Positions 13,600 through 25,516 of a stretch of DNA of 64,000 nucleotides are shown here, in pieces. This stretch comes from Octopus sinensis. Lineage: Eukaryota. Position 1 is the first letter of the stretch. Every line of letters begins with the position of its first letter. The stretch lies in NCBI RefSeq assembly GCF_006345805.1, contig NC_043001.1:45818001-45882000 (forward strand), in the 5' to 3' direction. The notes beneath the pieces are model-generated. The model had not been told where the DNA came from. It made no database searches and saw only the letters and a program-made list of their open reading frames with translations. Made by a program: the position numbers and the translations under genes.

Positions 13600-14465
13600 G
13601 TTGCTACTTGGTTTATCAGAAGGTGATCTCCAGCATACACGGTTTGTTGCTGAGTGCTGCAAAGCAAGGATGAAAATTAGTGTTGCAAAGACAGACATTT
13701 GTCCTCTTAAAAAAGTCTTCCCAATGAACTCTACATACTAGTGGAACATCATGTGGAGAAGTTTAAGCATCTTAGGGCCATATTAAGTGATGAGAAGCAG
13801 GAAGCTGAATTTAAAGCTAAAAGTGCAGGTGTTGGTACAGTAATGTGCCAAAATCCAGCATTCAATCTTCAGAAGAGGAAAAGTTGGTAAAAAAGGCCAA
13901 ATCTTCTATTTTCAATTTTGTTTTTTGTGCCTATTCTCACCTATAGTCAAAACTGTTGGGTAAATACAATGGGTAATGTCCAAAAGAATACAATTGCAAA
14001 TACAATGGGTAATGACCAAAAGAGTACAATTGCAAATACAATGGGTAATGTCCAAAAGAGTACAATTGCAAATACAAACAGCTGCAATGAAGTTCCTCCA
14101 AAGGATCTGTGGAGTAACGTTACTCAACAGGGTGCATAGCTCAGAGATCAGGGAGTCTCTTTAGAACAAGTCACTACCTTTCCACATTCAGAGGTCACAG
14201 ATCCAGTACTATGAACATGTGGTTAGAATTTTGAAGGAAGCAATTGTAAGACAGATTCTTTAAGCTGGGCCAACTGGCAGGAAACCTAAGGACAGACTAA
14301 GAATGAGATGGTTGGGTAATGTCCATAGTCTCAGTTGGTCATGCTTAAGAATCCAGCCAGAAAGTCTAATGGCAGTTGCTCTTGATAGGACTATGTGGTA
14401 GAAGTACCTGCAGACTCTACCCCAGCAACCCTCTTAAGAATAGTGGACAGAGAAGAAGGATGGAT
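13600..14465 (+). mobile_element. Second RTE family (Expander/Rex3-like) C-terminal fragment
   Basis: FVPILTYS..WVMTKRV..AAMKFLQRICGVTLLNRVHSSEIRESL..RKPKDRLR; ends in gaagaaggatggat. Confidence 0.75.
13962..14077 (+). repeat. 36-bp tandem repeat, 3.2 copies
   Basis: Unit aaatacaatgggtaatg(t/a)ccaaaaga(a/g)tacaattgc. Confidence 0.95.
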
Positions 14466-14920
14466 CTCAGTACATTAAATATGTTAACACAAACAGTGGT
14501 ATGATCATACCTTCTACCAATGTTCTAAGTCTGTTGGCAAAAGAAAATGAAAAAGGGAGAGAAAGAGAGAGAGAAGTAACTCACCTATCAGAGGAGATCT
14601 GACCTGGATAGATTTAACACAGGGGAACACTTAAAAGCATGTAAAAACCAGTTAAGATGTTATATAGATTAAGTCTACAACCCAGAGACAGAAAATCGCT
14701 GTATTTCACACACAAAAAAAGAGAGGAAATAAGTGTGTGTGTGTGTTTGTATGCATGTATGTATATATATTTGTATAAATAATTTATACCATATTAACAT
14801 CTAATCTCCTCCATTTATAAAAAATATGATTGAATTTGTTGAACTTCATTCTATAACTTAAATCATATACTTAATATACTTATATTTGTATAAAAATATA
14901 TATAGATACATGTGAATGTG

Positions 14921-15230
14921 CTTGGCTTAAGTGGTTAGCGTATTCAGCTCACAGTCGTAAGCTGATTAATGGCAGTGTGTTGTGTCCTTGAGCAAGACTT
15001 TTATTTCATGTTGCTCTAGTCCACTTAGCTGGAAAAATGAGTTGTACCTGTATTTCAAAGGACCAACCTTGTCAAATTCTGTGTCATGCTGAATCTCTTT
15101 TAGAACTACATTAAGGGTAAACATGTTTGTGGTGTGCTCAGCCACTTGCTTGTTGATTTTTATGAACAGGCTGTTCCATTGATTGGATCAACTGGAACCC
15201 TTGTTGTAACCAATGGAGTTCCATGCACAT
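14921..15230 (+). mobile_element. tRNA/CORE-like SINE, family C
   Basis: A-box-like tggcttaagtgg and core tgtccttgagcaag. Confidence 0.7.
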
Positions 15231-15348
15231 GTAATAAATATATGTATGTATATGTATATACACTCACGCATATATATATCACGGTTTCAGCCAGACTATC
15301 TGATGTTGTTATACACCACTGGTCTCAATGTGTTTTGTACTGTTCAAG

Positions 15349-15388
<40 letters not shown>

Positions 15389-15393
<5 letters not shown>

Positions 15394-17026
15394 GGCAATT
15401 AGAAGCATGAAGACAGGGAAAGCCCCAGGCCCATCAGGTATCACTGCAGAGATGCTCAAAATATCTGGTAGTGTCGGCTATAGCCTAGTCACCTGTATAG
15501 TTAATCAGGTGATACATGAAGGAGTCATACCCAATGACTGGTGTAGCAGCATAATAGTCAACTGCTACAAAGGTAAAGGTGATGCCCTAGATACAAATAA
15601 TTACAGAGGTATCAAGCTGTTGGATCAGGTGATGAAGGTTACAGAGAGGGTCATAAGCCAACTAATTAGAGAGAGAGTTAGTTTAGATGAGATGCAGTTT
15701 GGTTTCGTGCCAGGGAAAAGTACCACTGATGCTATATTCCTGGTAAGGCAGCTGCAGGAGAAATACCTAGCCAAAGATAAGGCCCTGTATCTGGCTTTTG
15801 TTGACATGGAGAAAGCCTTCGACACGGTCCCCCGATCCCTCATATGGTGGTCAATGAGGAAACTAGGAATAGAAGAATGGTTAGTGAGAGCTGTGCAAGC
15901 CATGTACAGGGACGCTGCTAGTAAGGTGAGGGTTGGAAATGAGTACAGTGAAGAATTCCGGGTAGAGGTAGGGGTCCACCAAGGCTCAGTCCTCAGCCCC
16001 CTCCTATTTATCATAGTCCTCCAGGCAATAACGGAGGAATTCAAGACAGGATGCCCCTGGGAGCTCCTCTATGCTGATGACCTTGCTCTAATTGCTGAGT
16101 CATTATCAGAACTGGAGAAGAAGTTTCAGGTGTGGAAGCATGGTTTAGAATCGAAGGGCCTTAGAGTCAACCTAGCTAAAACCAAAGTCCTAATAAGTAG
16201 GAAGGTAGACAAATCACAAACGCCTTCAGGTAGATGGCCCTGCTCGATCTGTAGAAAAGGTGTAGGTAGAAACTCTATAAGATGCACCAAGTGTAAGCTA
16301 TGGACACATAAGAGGTGCAGCAATGTCATAGGAAGGCTAACTAGGAAGATGGTTTTTGTATGTGGCAGATGCTCAGGAGCATTAACCTCTGAAAATCTGC
16401 AGAAAACAACTTCCGTCACTTTCCAGGGGGAAAAACTAGAAGTAGTTGATAGCTTCCGTTATCTTGGTGACCAAGTCAGTAGTGGGGGTGGGTGTGCTGA
16501 AAGTGTAACGGCTAGAGTAAGAATAGCCTGGGCAAAGTTTAGGGAGCTCTTACCTCTGTTGGTGACTAAAGGCCTCTTGCTCAGAGTAAAAGGCAGACTG
16601 TATGATGCATGTGTACGAACAGCCATGCTACATGGCAGTGAAACATGGGCCGTGACTGCTGAGGACATGCGTAAGCTCGCGAGAAATGAAGCTAGTATGC
16701 TCCGTTGGATGTGTAATGTCAGTGTTCATAGTCGACAGAGTGTAAGTACCTTGAGAGAAAAGTTGGACCTAAGAGGAATCAGATGTTGTGTGCAAGAGAG
16801 ACGATTGCGCTGGTATGGTCATGTGGTGAGAATGGATGAAGATAGGTGTGTGAAAAAGTGCCACACCCTGGCAGTTGAGGGGACCTGTGGAAGAGGTAGA
16901 CCCAGGAAAACCTGGGTCGAGGTGGTGAAGCACGACCTTCGAACTCTAGGTCTCACCAAGGAAATGACCAGAGACCGAGACCTATGGAAGTATGCTGTGC
17001 GTGAGAAGACCCGGCAAGACCAGTGA
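15389..17026 (+). CDS. RTE reverse transcriptase ORF (partial; N-terminus of the track ORF is SINE/microsatellite read-through)
   Basis: KAPGPSG, NYRGIKLL, QFGFVPGKST, FVDMEKAFD, GVHQGS, LLYADDL, FRYLG, GRGRPRKTW. Confidence 0.9.
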
Positions 17027-17070
17027 GAACAATCAAATCAAATCATATATCAGAAAGCAGGGGTTAAGTG

Positions 17071-17618
17071 ACCCATCCGTTCGTGTCCGCTGTCAGCCTC
17101 GTCTGGCACCCGTGCCGGTGATACGTAAAAGCACCATTCGCTCATGGCCGTTTGCCAGCTCTGCCTGGCCCCGTGTCGGTGGCACGTAAAAGCACCATCC
17201 GTTCGTGTTCGTTGCCAGCCTCGCCTGGCCCCGTGCCGGTGACACGTAAAAGCACCGTCCGTTCGTGGCCGTTTGCCAGCTCTGTCTGGCTCCGTGTCAG
17301 TGGCACGTAAAAGTACCATCCGTTCGTGGCCATTTGCCAGCTCTGTCTGGCCCCGTGTCGGTGGCACGTAAAAGCACCATCCGTCCGCGTCCGTTGCCAG
17401 CCTCGGCTGGCCCCCGTGCCGGTGACACGTAAAAGCACCGTCCGCTTGTGGCCGGTTGCCAGCTCTGTCTGGCCCCGTGTCGGTGGCACGTAAAAGCACC
17501 ATCCGTTCGTGTCCGTCGCCAGCATCGCCTGGCCCCATGCCGGTGACACGTAAAAGCACCATCCGTTCGTGGCCGTTCGCCAGCTCTGTCTGGCACCTGT
17601 GCAGGTGGCACGTAAAAA
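17071..17618 (+). repeat. Nine 60/61-bp tandem units of two types (B-A-B-A-A-B-A-B-A') in the RTE 3' UTR
   Basis: acgtaaaa ends at 17130, 17191, 17251, 17312, 17373, 17434, 17495, 17555 and about 17618. Confidence 0.95.
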
Positions 17619-17792
17619 ACACCCACTACACTCGTGGAGTGGTTGGCGTTAGGAAGGGCATCCAGCCGTAGAAACACTGCCAGATCTGACTGGGCCTGAC
17701 GGAGCCTTCCAGCTTCACAGACCCCAGTTGACCCGTCCAATCCATGCTAGCATGGAAAGTGGACGCTAAACGATGATGATGATGATGATGAT

Positions 17793-18048
17793 ATAAAATA
17801 AATGCGCCCTTTTAAAGCCTAGCTAGGCTCAAGGGCCCAGTTTCCTGGTTTCAATGGTGTATGTGTTCCCCAGCTGGACGGGACGCCAGTCCATCACAGC
17901 ATTACTCATTTTTGCCAGCTGAGTGGACTGGAGCAATGTGAAATGTAGTGTTTTGCTCAAGAACACAACATGTTGCTTGGTCCAGGAATCAAAACCACAA
18001 TCTTACGTTCATGATACTGACACCCTAACCACTAAGCCACGCGCCTAC
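17793..18048 (-). mobile_element. tRNA/CORE-like SINE, family C
   Basis: Minus strand: tggcttagtggttagg A-box, gattcctgg B-box remnant, gttcttgagcaaaac core. Confidence 0.8.
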
Positions 18049-18399
18049 ACACACACACATATATATATAATATATATATATATATAAAATGGACTCTCCC
18101 ATTGTTAGATGATGTATGAGGGTTCAACAATTTCTTACAAAACAACCACACAGATGATTTGTTTATAGTGATCAAATGTTTGTGTAGACATAATCTCACT
18201 CTCTCCGTCATATTGCCATTACCTGTACAGGTACAACTGGGTGCTGCATGTCATATATTGAAATGATCGCAGAGCAACATGAAACAATACCACATTGATG
18301 AATGGATCATTTATTTTAATAGAATCGGTAGTGTTAATGCAGTACCAATGGTTTCATGCAAAGTATTTACAATTTTTCAATAATAATATTGGCATAGCA

Positions 18400-18660
18400 C
18401 TGACAAAGTACAAATGTGTTGGTAGAAAAACTGGAATCACATGTTATATACAAGAAGGAAAACTGTGCTGGTATAGACAAGTGATGTGTATAGGTATTGA
18501 CTTTATAAAGACGTGTCAATCACATAATGTGGATAGAGCTTGTGGAAGAGGGAGATCCAAGAAAACATTGGTTGAAGTGAAGGTTGAATTTATGATCAAC
18601 CTTATGTAGCTGATGATAAAAGAGTTGGGTGACCAACAATATGCGATGCTTGAAAAGACC
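18400..18660 (+). mobile_element. Decayed RTE C-terminal fragment
   Basis: GITCYIQEGKLCWYRQV...ACGRGRSKKT. Confidence 0.7.
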
Positions 18661-18727
18661 TGTTTGATGAAATTCAGCAGTTATTATGTATGTATATATA
18701 TATATATATATAATATATATATATATA

Positions 18728-18790
18728 CTAGCAGAGATACCTAGGCCTTGCTCAGAATTAAAATAGAATAGATTTTTATTGCTTTACTTG
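18728..18790 (-). mobile_element. Helitron-like 3' terminus
   Basis: Minus strand ends gagcaaggcctaggtatctctg-CTAG followed by T. Confidence 0.5.
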
Positions 18791-18996
18791 TTTCAGTCAT
18801 GCGACTGTGGCAATGCTGGAGCACCGCTGTTGGTTAAAGAAATCAACCACAGGATTTATTCCTTGTAAGCCTAGTACTCATTCTGTTAGTGTCTTTTACC
18901 AAACCGCTAAGTTACAGGAATGTAAACACAGCAACATCAGTTGTCAAGCAATGGTGGGTGTACAAACACAAGACAGGTACACACATACACAAATAT

Positions 18997-19032
<36 letters not shown>

Positions 19033-19111
19033 GACAGTCTTCTTTCAGTTCCCGAGTACGAAATCCACTCATAAGGTTTTGGTCGGCCTGAGGCTACAAT
19101 AAGCAAATATA

Positions 19112-19537
19112 TATATGCTTTCGGTGTGAATGGTTTTATTATATGGTGCCATATTTTACAATCCTGTAAATAATAATAATGGTATTTTTATATAAGCTTA
19201 AAGCTTATGCCATTCACAGTGCAATGACTAAGGAAAATAGTCTAATAACAAGGCATATAAGCCCTCGACAGAAAAAAAGAAGGCTTTCCCATCCGTGTGG
19301 GACGTGAACCTACATCCTTTTGTTAACATGACTAAGTGTGTTACCTTTACACATGGATGGGAAAGCCTTCTTTTTTTCTGTCGAAGTCTTATATGCCCCT
19401 TTATTAGACTATTTACCTTAGTCATTGCATGGTGAATGCCATAAACTTTAAGCTTATATAAAAATACCATTATTATTATTTACAGGATTGTAAAATACGG
19501 TGTTGTATAACAAAACCATTTGCACTGAAAGCATATA
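19112..19537. mobile_element. TA-flanked fold-back (MITE-like) element with tRNA-like loop
   Basis: About 185-bp inverted arms tatatgctttcgg... / ...gaaagcatata; the central 74 nt have A/B-box-like motifs on the minus strand. Confidence 0.8.
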
Positions 19538-19538
19538 A

Positions 19539-19585
<47 letters not shown>

Positions 19586-19596
19586 TATATATATCC

Positions 19597-19629
<33 letters not shown>

Positions 19630-19669
19630 GGTGGATGGGTTATTTCCCTTGGAAGCTTAAAATAATTAC

Positions 19670-19855
19670 GCCCACTGTTCAACTGCACCCAAATGTTATT
19701 CTTCCCGCCGTTTACTTGAATATTTTTTTGAAACCTCCCCAGACATATAAGCAATGTGCGTGTGAACTTTAAGAAAAATCGGTCGAGCTGTTTTGGCGCA
19801 AAATGAGGACATACCGATACACACACACACACATTTTCATTTTTAATAAGTAAGA
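19670..19855 (-). mobile_element. Non-autonomous Helitron-like 5' segment
   Basis: Minus strand starts A|TCttacttattaaaaatg then (TG)n and ccgatttttcttaaagtt; same layout as 57350-57741. Confidence 0.5.
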
Positions 19856-20400
19856 TATATATATATTTATTTATTTATATATACATGCATACATGAAATG
19901 CATTCAAAAAGTATCCAACTTTATTTTTCCTGCCAAAACAAATGGCATGCGAGCAAAATCCTTTTTTGTGAGCAGTGGATGCTACCATTCCTGCACATGC
20001 ATGAATATTTTCACACCAGTAAGCCATGTCAATTTGTGGCTGTTAATCCTAGAGTACAGATCTGCAGTGTGTATGTGTGGACAAGGGTGAAGAGGTGGTA
20101 GGGAAGAGTAGGTGGTGACTGACAGTACAGAAAGGGGTGAAGAGCAGCAGAATAGCAATAATGACAAAAAAAGCACCCAGTATATTCTATAAAGTTGTTG
20201 GCATTAGGAAAGACATTGAGCCATAGAAACCATGGCAATGAATATAGTGAAGAATTCCGGGTAGAAGTAGGGGTCCACCAAGGTTCAGCTCTCCTAAATC
20301 ATTCAAGCTTCCAAGGGAAATAACCCATCCACCTATATATATGTATTCACATTATATAAGTATGTATATGTATATACACTCACTCATATATAGTAGAAAA

Positions 20401-21098
20401 GGAATTTTTAACTCCTATTTCTAAATTCGGTATGTGGTGAAGCAATTAGCTAACCCCTAATTGTAATTATGTTTATAATTATAGAATATTTGTGTAATTT
20501 TACCTAAAGAGGTTATTTTAATGTACTGATCTACTTGGTAAAATTATTAATTAATTTTACCCTTTTATTATTAATATTGAAATTATGATTTACTCCCTGA
20601 TTGAAAACTGCAGTTTCTGTGGGATCACTTGTAACATACATGTGAGTACAAGGGACAAATATGTATTCACATTCGGCTGTGTATATTTTGAAAGTGTTGG
20701 TTGGATATCCTTTGTGTGATGATGCTTGATTGTGCGTGTATTTAACCCAAGCACTTTCAAATTTTATATTTGAAATGCTACACTGATAATGAGAAATAAG
20801 TAAGTAAATATACTTTAATCTCGAAATGCCTATATGGCTAATTGGAGTTGTGTGGATTCATTATTTTTCTTTTTGCCTACATAAAAAATGTGTTACTGTC
20901 TGGGAGATTCTTACGGTAGGAATTTTTAACTCCTATTTCTAAATTCGATATGTGGTGAAGCAATTAGCTGAACCCTAATTATAATTATGTTTATAATTAT
21001 AGAATATTTATGTAATTTCACTTGAAAAAAGGTTATTTTAACATACCGATCTACTTGGTAAAATTATAAATTAATTTTACCCTTTTATTATTATTAAT
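20401..21098 (+). repeat. About 178-bp direct repeat pair, 518-bp period (possibly Penelope-like tandem pLTR)
   Basis: ggaatttttaactcctatttctaaattcg at 20401 and 20919; the repeat is clear, the Penelope assignment is weak. Confidence 0.7.
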
Positions 21099-21179
21099 AT
21101 ATATATATATATAAAACACGGAAACCTTCTTTTCAGGTGCTGAATAACATCTCCCCTTCCCATACCTCATCCCACATTC

Positions 21180-24100
21180 ATTTCCCAGTTTTTAGAGTTG
21201 GCACTGTTAATGTACGCACATTGAAATGAAGGTCTAATGAGATTGTATAGATGCTTGAATGGAGATATGTTGCTGTTTGCTGGAGGAGCTTCACAGGCAA
21301 GGCACATAGGTATAAAATCTTCTGGGAAGGTAACAGTGATAGAGTAGGGGGTGTAGGCAAACTCCTTGCAGAGAAATGGGTAGATAAGGTCATAAAGGTA
21401 GTCAGGGTATGCGATAGAGTGCTTAAACTCAGGTTAGTCATGCAGAATAGTATAGCTACAATTATCTCTGCCTACACCCCACATGTGGGCCTACCAAATG
21501 ATCAGAAGGACCACTTTTATGCTATCCTTCATCAGGCTACCTTAAAGACGAGTGGCAATGACCTCATCTTTGTGGCTGGAGATTTTAATGGGCATGTTAG
21601 ATGGCAATCTGTTATCTTCCATGGTGTTCATGGGGACCATGGAATTGGTTCCTGAAACGAAGAGGGAACTAGGCTACAGGAGTTCTTTGATTCAAGCAAC
21701 CTATTAATTTGCAACACCAATTTCAGGAAGCCAGACAGCCACCTGATAACCTATCAATCAGGCGACTCTGCCAGCCTGATTGATTTCATCCTCACCAGAC
21801 AGCAGGATGCATGTTTGCTCTTAAATGCAAAGACCCTCCCTGGTGAAGAATGTACCTCCAGCATAGGCTAGTCATTAGTGACTTTAGAATCGAGGCCAGA
21901 AGGATGCCAAGAAGCAGACTAATCCAGAGAAGAAGGAGATTTAGGGACATCTTCACTTAATGAGAGAGAGGAGGAGCCACAGACTTGTGACATAGAGGGT
22001 AAGTGGAAATTCCTATGTGACAGCTTACTGAGCACCACATACCAAATCTGTGGCTAGTGCAAAGTCCCTTTCAGACCTATGGTAACGTGGTGGTGGAATT
22101 ATATGGTAGACAAGGCCATTAGAGCAAAGAAACAGACCTGGAAAACCTGGAAGAGTGGGAGCAGCAGGAACTGTACCAGATAGTCAGTAGGGAGGCTGGG
22201 AGACAGGTATATATAGCCAAAGGAGAAGCAGAAAAGAAGTCTGTGAATGTTCAGTGAAGTGAGGACCAAACAACTAAAGTATTTCGGATTGCAAGACAGT
22301 GTATTAGAGAAAACTGTGATGTTAGAGGAGAGAAATGTGTTTGCATAGATGATGGTGCACTTACTTTTAATCATTCTTCAAAGAAATAGGCTTGGAGATG
22401 CCATTATGAAAGGCTGCTGAATGTGGAGAATGAATGGGAGAAAAAAATCCTGCTAGATGTTGACCCAATCGAGGGACCAGCTACCTGAATCAACAGCACC
22501 CTGGCAGATAAAGCAATTAAGGATAAAAAGTCAGAAAAGCTCCCAGCCTATCAGGAATCACTGCTGAGATGCTTAAAATATCTGGTGGTGTGGGTTATAG
22601 TCTAGTCATCCGTATTGTAAATCAAGTAGTTCACGAAGGAGCCATACCCAATGACTGGCATAGCAGCACCATAGTCAACTGCTACAAAAGTAAAGGTGAT
22701 GTTTTAGATAGAAATAGCTACAGGGCTATCAAACTGATGGATCAGGTGATGAAGGTCCCGGAGAGGGTTATAGCCCAACTAATTATTGAGTGACTCTGCT
22801 TAAATGAGATGCAGTTCAGTTTTGTGCCAGGCAGAAGCACCACTGATACTATATTTCTGGTAAGGCAACTGCAGGAGAAATACCTAGCCAAAGATAAACC
22901 CATATACTTGGCTTTTGTTGACTTGGAGAAAGCCTTCGACAGGGTCTCCTAATCCCTTATCTTGTGGGTGGTGTGGAAACTAGGGATAGATGAGTGGTTA
23001 ATAAGAGCCATACAGAGATGCTGTCAGTAAGGTAAGGTTGGCAACAAGTATAGCGAAGAATTCTGGGTAGAAATAGGGGTTCACCAAAGATCAGTCCCCT
23101 CTTATTCATCATAGTCCTCCAGGCAATAACAGAGGAATTCAAAACAGACTGCCCCTGGGAGCTCCTCTATGCTGATGACCTTGTTCTCATAGCTGAATCA
23201 CTACCAGAACTAGAGAAGAAATTTCAGGTGCGGAAGGTAAGTTAAGAATTGAAAGGCCTTAGAGTTAATGTTGCAAAAACCAAAGTCCAAGTAAGTAGGA
23301 AGGCGAACAAACCACAAATCCCTTCAGGTAGATAGCCCTGCTCGATCTGTAGAAAAGGTGTAGGTAGAGACTCCATAAGATGTACCCAGTGTAAGCTATG
23401 GAAGCATAAGAGGTGCAGCAACATCAAAGGAAGGTTAACCAGGATGATAGCTTTTGTGTGCGGCAGATGCACAGGGGCAATAAACACTGAAGATGCTCAG
23501 AAAACAGATTCCATCACATGCCAGGGAGAGAAACTAGAAGTAGTTGATAGCTTCTGCTACCTAGGTGACGAAGTCTGTGGTGGAGGTGGATACTCTGAGA
23601 GAATAAGAATAGTCTGGGCAAAGTTCAGAAAGCTCCTACGTCTAACGGTGACAAAAGGCCTCTCGCTCAGAGTGAAGGGTAGATTGTACAATGCATGTGT
23701 GCATACTGCCATGCTACATTGCAGTGAAATATGGGCTGTGACTGTTGAGGACATAGGCTTGAAATAAATGAAGCTAGTATGTTGGACATAAGAAGCATCA
23801 AATGTGGTGGGCAAGAGAGACGACTGTGTTGGTATGGTCATGTGCTGCATCTGGATGAGGAGAGCTGTGTGAAGAAGTGTCACTCCCTAACAGTGGAAGA
23901 TATGGGATGAGGTGGTGAAGCACAGCCTTCAAACGTTAGGTCTCATAGAGGCAATGTCAAGAGACTGAGACCTCTGGAGACACGCTGTGATTGAAAAGAC
24001 CTGGCAAGTAAAGTGAGATTACAGACATAAGCCTATACCAGTGTCGCATAACCAGCCTATTTAAAAAATACCATTGAATTGTCAGGTGACATGTCATGCT

Positions 24101-24480
24101 TGAGGAGATCTATTGAGTAAGTAAAATCAAAAATCAAAATGGAAATTGTAGTTGTGGCCGATGCCAGTGCCACCTGACTGGCTCCCATGCTGGTGACATG
24201 CAATAAGCACCATTCATGCATGGGTCATTGCTAGTGCTACCTGACCAGCTCCCTGTGCTGGTGGCACGTAAAAAAGCACCATCCAAATGTGGTTGATGCC
24301 AGCCTGTCCCTCGCTCTGACTGGCTCCTGTGCCAGTAGCATGTAAAAAGCACCCAGCTGTAGAAACCTTCCCAGACCAGATTGGAACCTGGTGTAGCCTC
24401 CTGGCTTGCCAGTTCCCAGTCAAACTGTCCAATCCATGCCAGTATGGAAAAGGGATGTTAAACAATGATGATGATAATGA
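21180..24480 (+). mobile_element. Near full-length decayed RTE LINE (APE endonuclease + RT + PHD-like finger + 3' UTR); same family as 15389
   Basis: RVGTVNV, ISAYTPH, VAGDFNGH, IDFIL, FVDLEKAFD, LLYADDL, C4HC3 block, (GAT)n tail; many stops and frameshifts. Confidence 0.92.
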
Positions 24481-25105
24481 CACACACACACACATATATA
24501 TATTCAAACACCATCACTGAGTATCCTGTCATTGCCAGGAAATTTTCACAACAGAATGCCTTGGTGGGCTTTCTGAATTGCACAATCATATAAGTTGGAT
24601 TTTCTATTTTGCTGGTGAATTTTTTACATTCCCTCTTACTCATACCTTTGCAAATGATGGAGGGAAGGTTTTCATGAAAAAAATCCTTGCAAATTTATGA
24701 ATCCCCAGTTCCAGACTGATTTTGTCCAAGAAAACAATTTTGAAAATGTATAAATATTTTGGAACCCTGTCCATTCAGTACTGATTTTGGCTAATGTTTT
24801 TTTTTTTTGCACTATGCCCTTAAAAACCTCAGGAGAAGCCTTGGAGGTTAAAAAAGAATATTATATATAAAAAAAGCATATCGCTCATGCTGAGTCTGTG
24901 TGTGTGTTTGTCAGTGAGTGTGTATGGATGTATGAAATAAATTTCATTAGGTTGATAAATCGATTCTTTTCTTTTCTGTCAGTAAATATGACTTTCCTTT
25001 ATATGCACACACACACGCATATTTTAAAACTATAATTAAAAAAATTTTCAATAAGAAGCTGAAATTTTAGGATTTATTATTTTTTTTTATCACGTTATCC
25101 TTTTA

Positions 25106-25516
25106 TGATGTTTTCAGTTTGAACGGCAGTTTTTTTAAATAATTTCCACGTAACTAAACACTTTTAAACTTCGTATACTGGTAGAATGTGTTTATAAAAC
25201 ATCTTTTTCTCTTGGCTTTATTGAGAAAATTCTATAGTTTGTAAGATATTTGTTTTTTTTCTTCAATTTCAACCAATCACTGACGTCTATTGAGGTAAAA
25301 AAAAACATTCTGTGCCGTATGAATATGTCCCTCGTTTAAGAAACAGATTGGGTTTATTTACATTTGTGAAGAAAAAAAGATACCCTTCCCCCACCCCTAA
25401 CTACCCTAACCCTAAAACAGATTGAAATGCAATAGATTGATACTAGGGTCATAATTATGGGTGACAATTTCATATGACACCGCTAGAAAAAACTGCCGTT
25501 CAAACCGAAAAGATCC
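25106..25516 (+). mobile_element. MITE with GGATCTTTTCGGTTTGAACGGCAG-type TIRs and internal CCCTAA repeats
   Basis: Left TIR decayed, right TIR intact; inverted homolog at 33685-34101. Confidence 0.85.

Larger units (their letters stand above)
15389..17792 (+). mobile_element. Young 5'-truncated RTE LINE (RT + PHD-like finger + 3' UTR + (GAT)n tail)
   Basis: Open frame to stop 17026; 3' UTR with 60/61-bp array; tail gatgatgat; starts at a (TA)n tract; endonuclease domain absent. Confidence 0.95.

Noticed and set aside
15134-15388. N-terminal 85 aa of the 630-aa ORF
   Set aside because: Read-through of a SINE and (TA)n into a 5'-truncated RTE; not a real N-terminus.
17071-17618. CRISPR-like array
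   Set aside because: Units are contiguous with no unique spacers, lie in a LINE 3' UTR, and no cas genes are present.
20783-20845. Hammerhead-like ctgataa..gag/ctc-gaaa between the direct repeats
   Set aside because: G8 is mutated, stem III is out of register and no stem I partner was found; too weak to call.
25395-25420. Telomere or chromosome-fusion relic (CCCTAA)
   Set aside because: Only 2-3 units, and they are internal to a repeated MITE.
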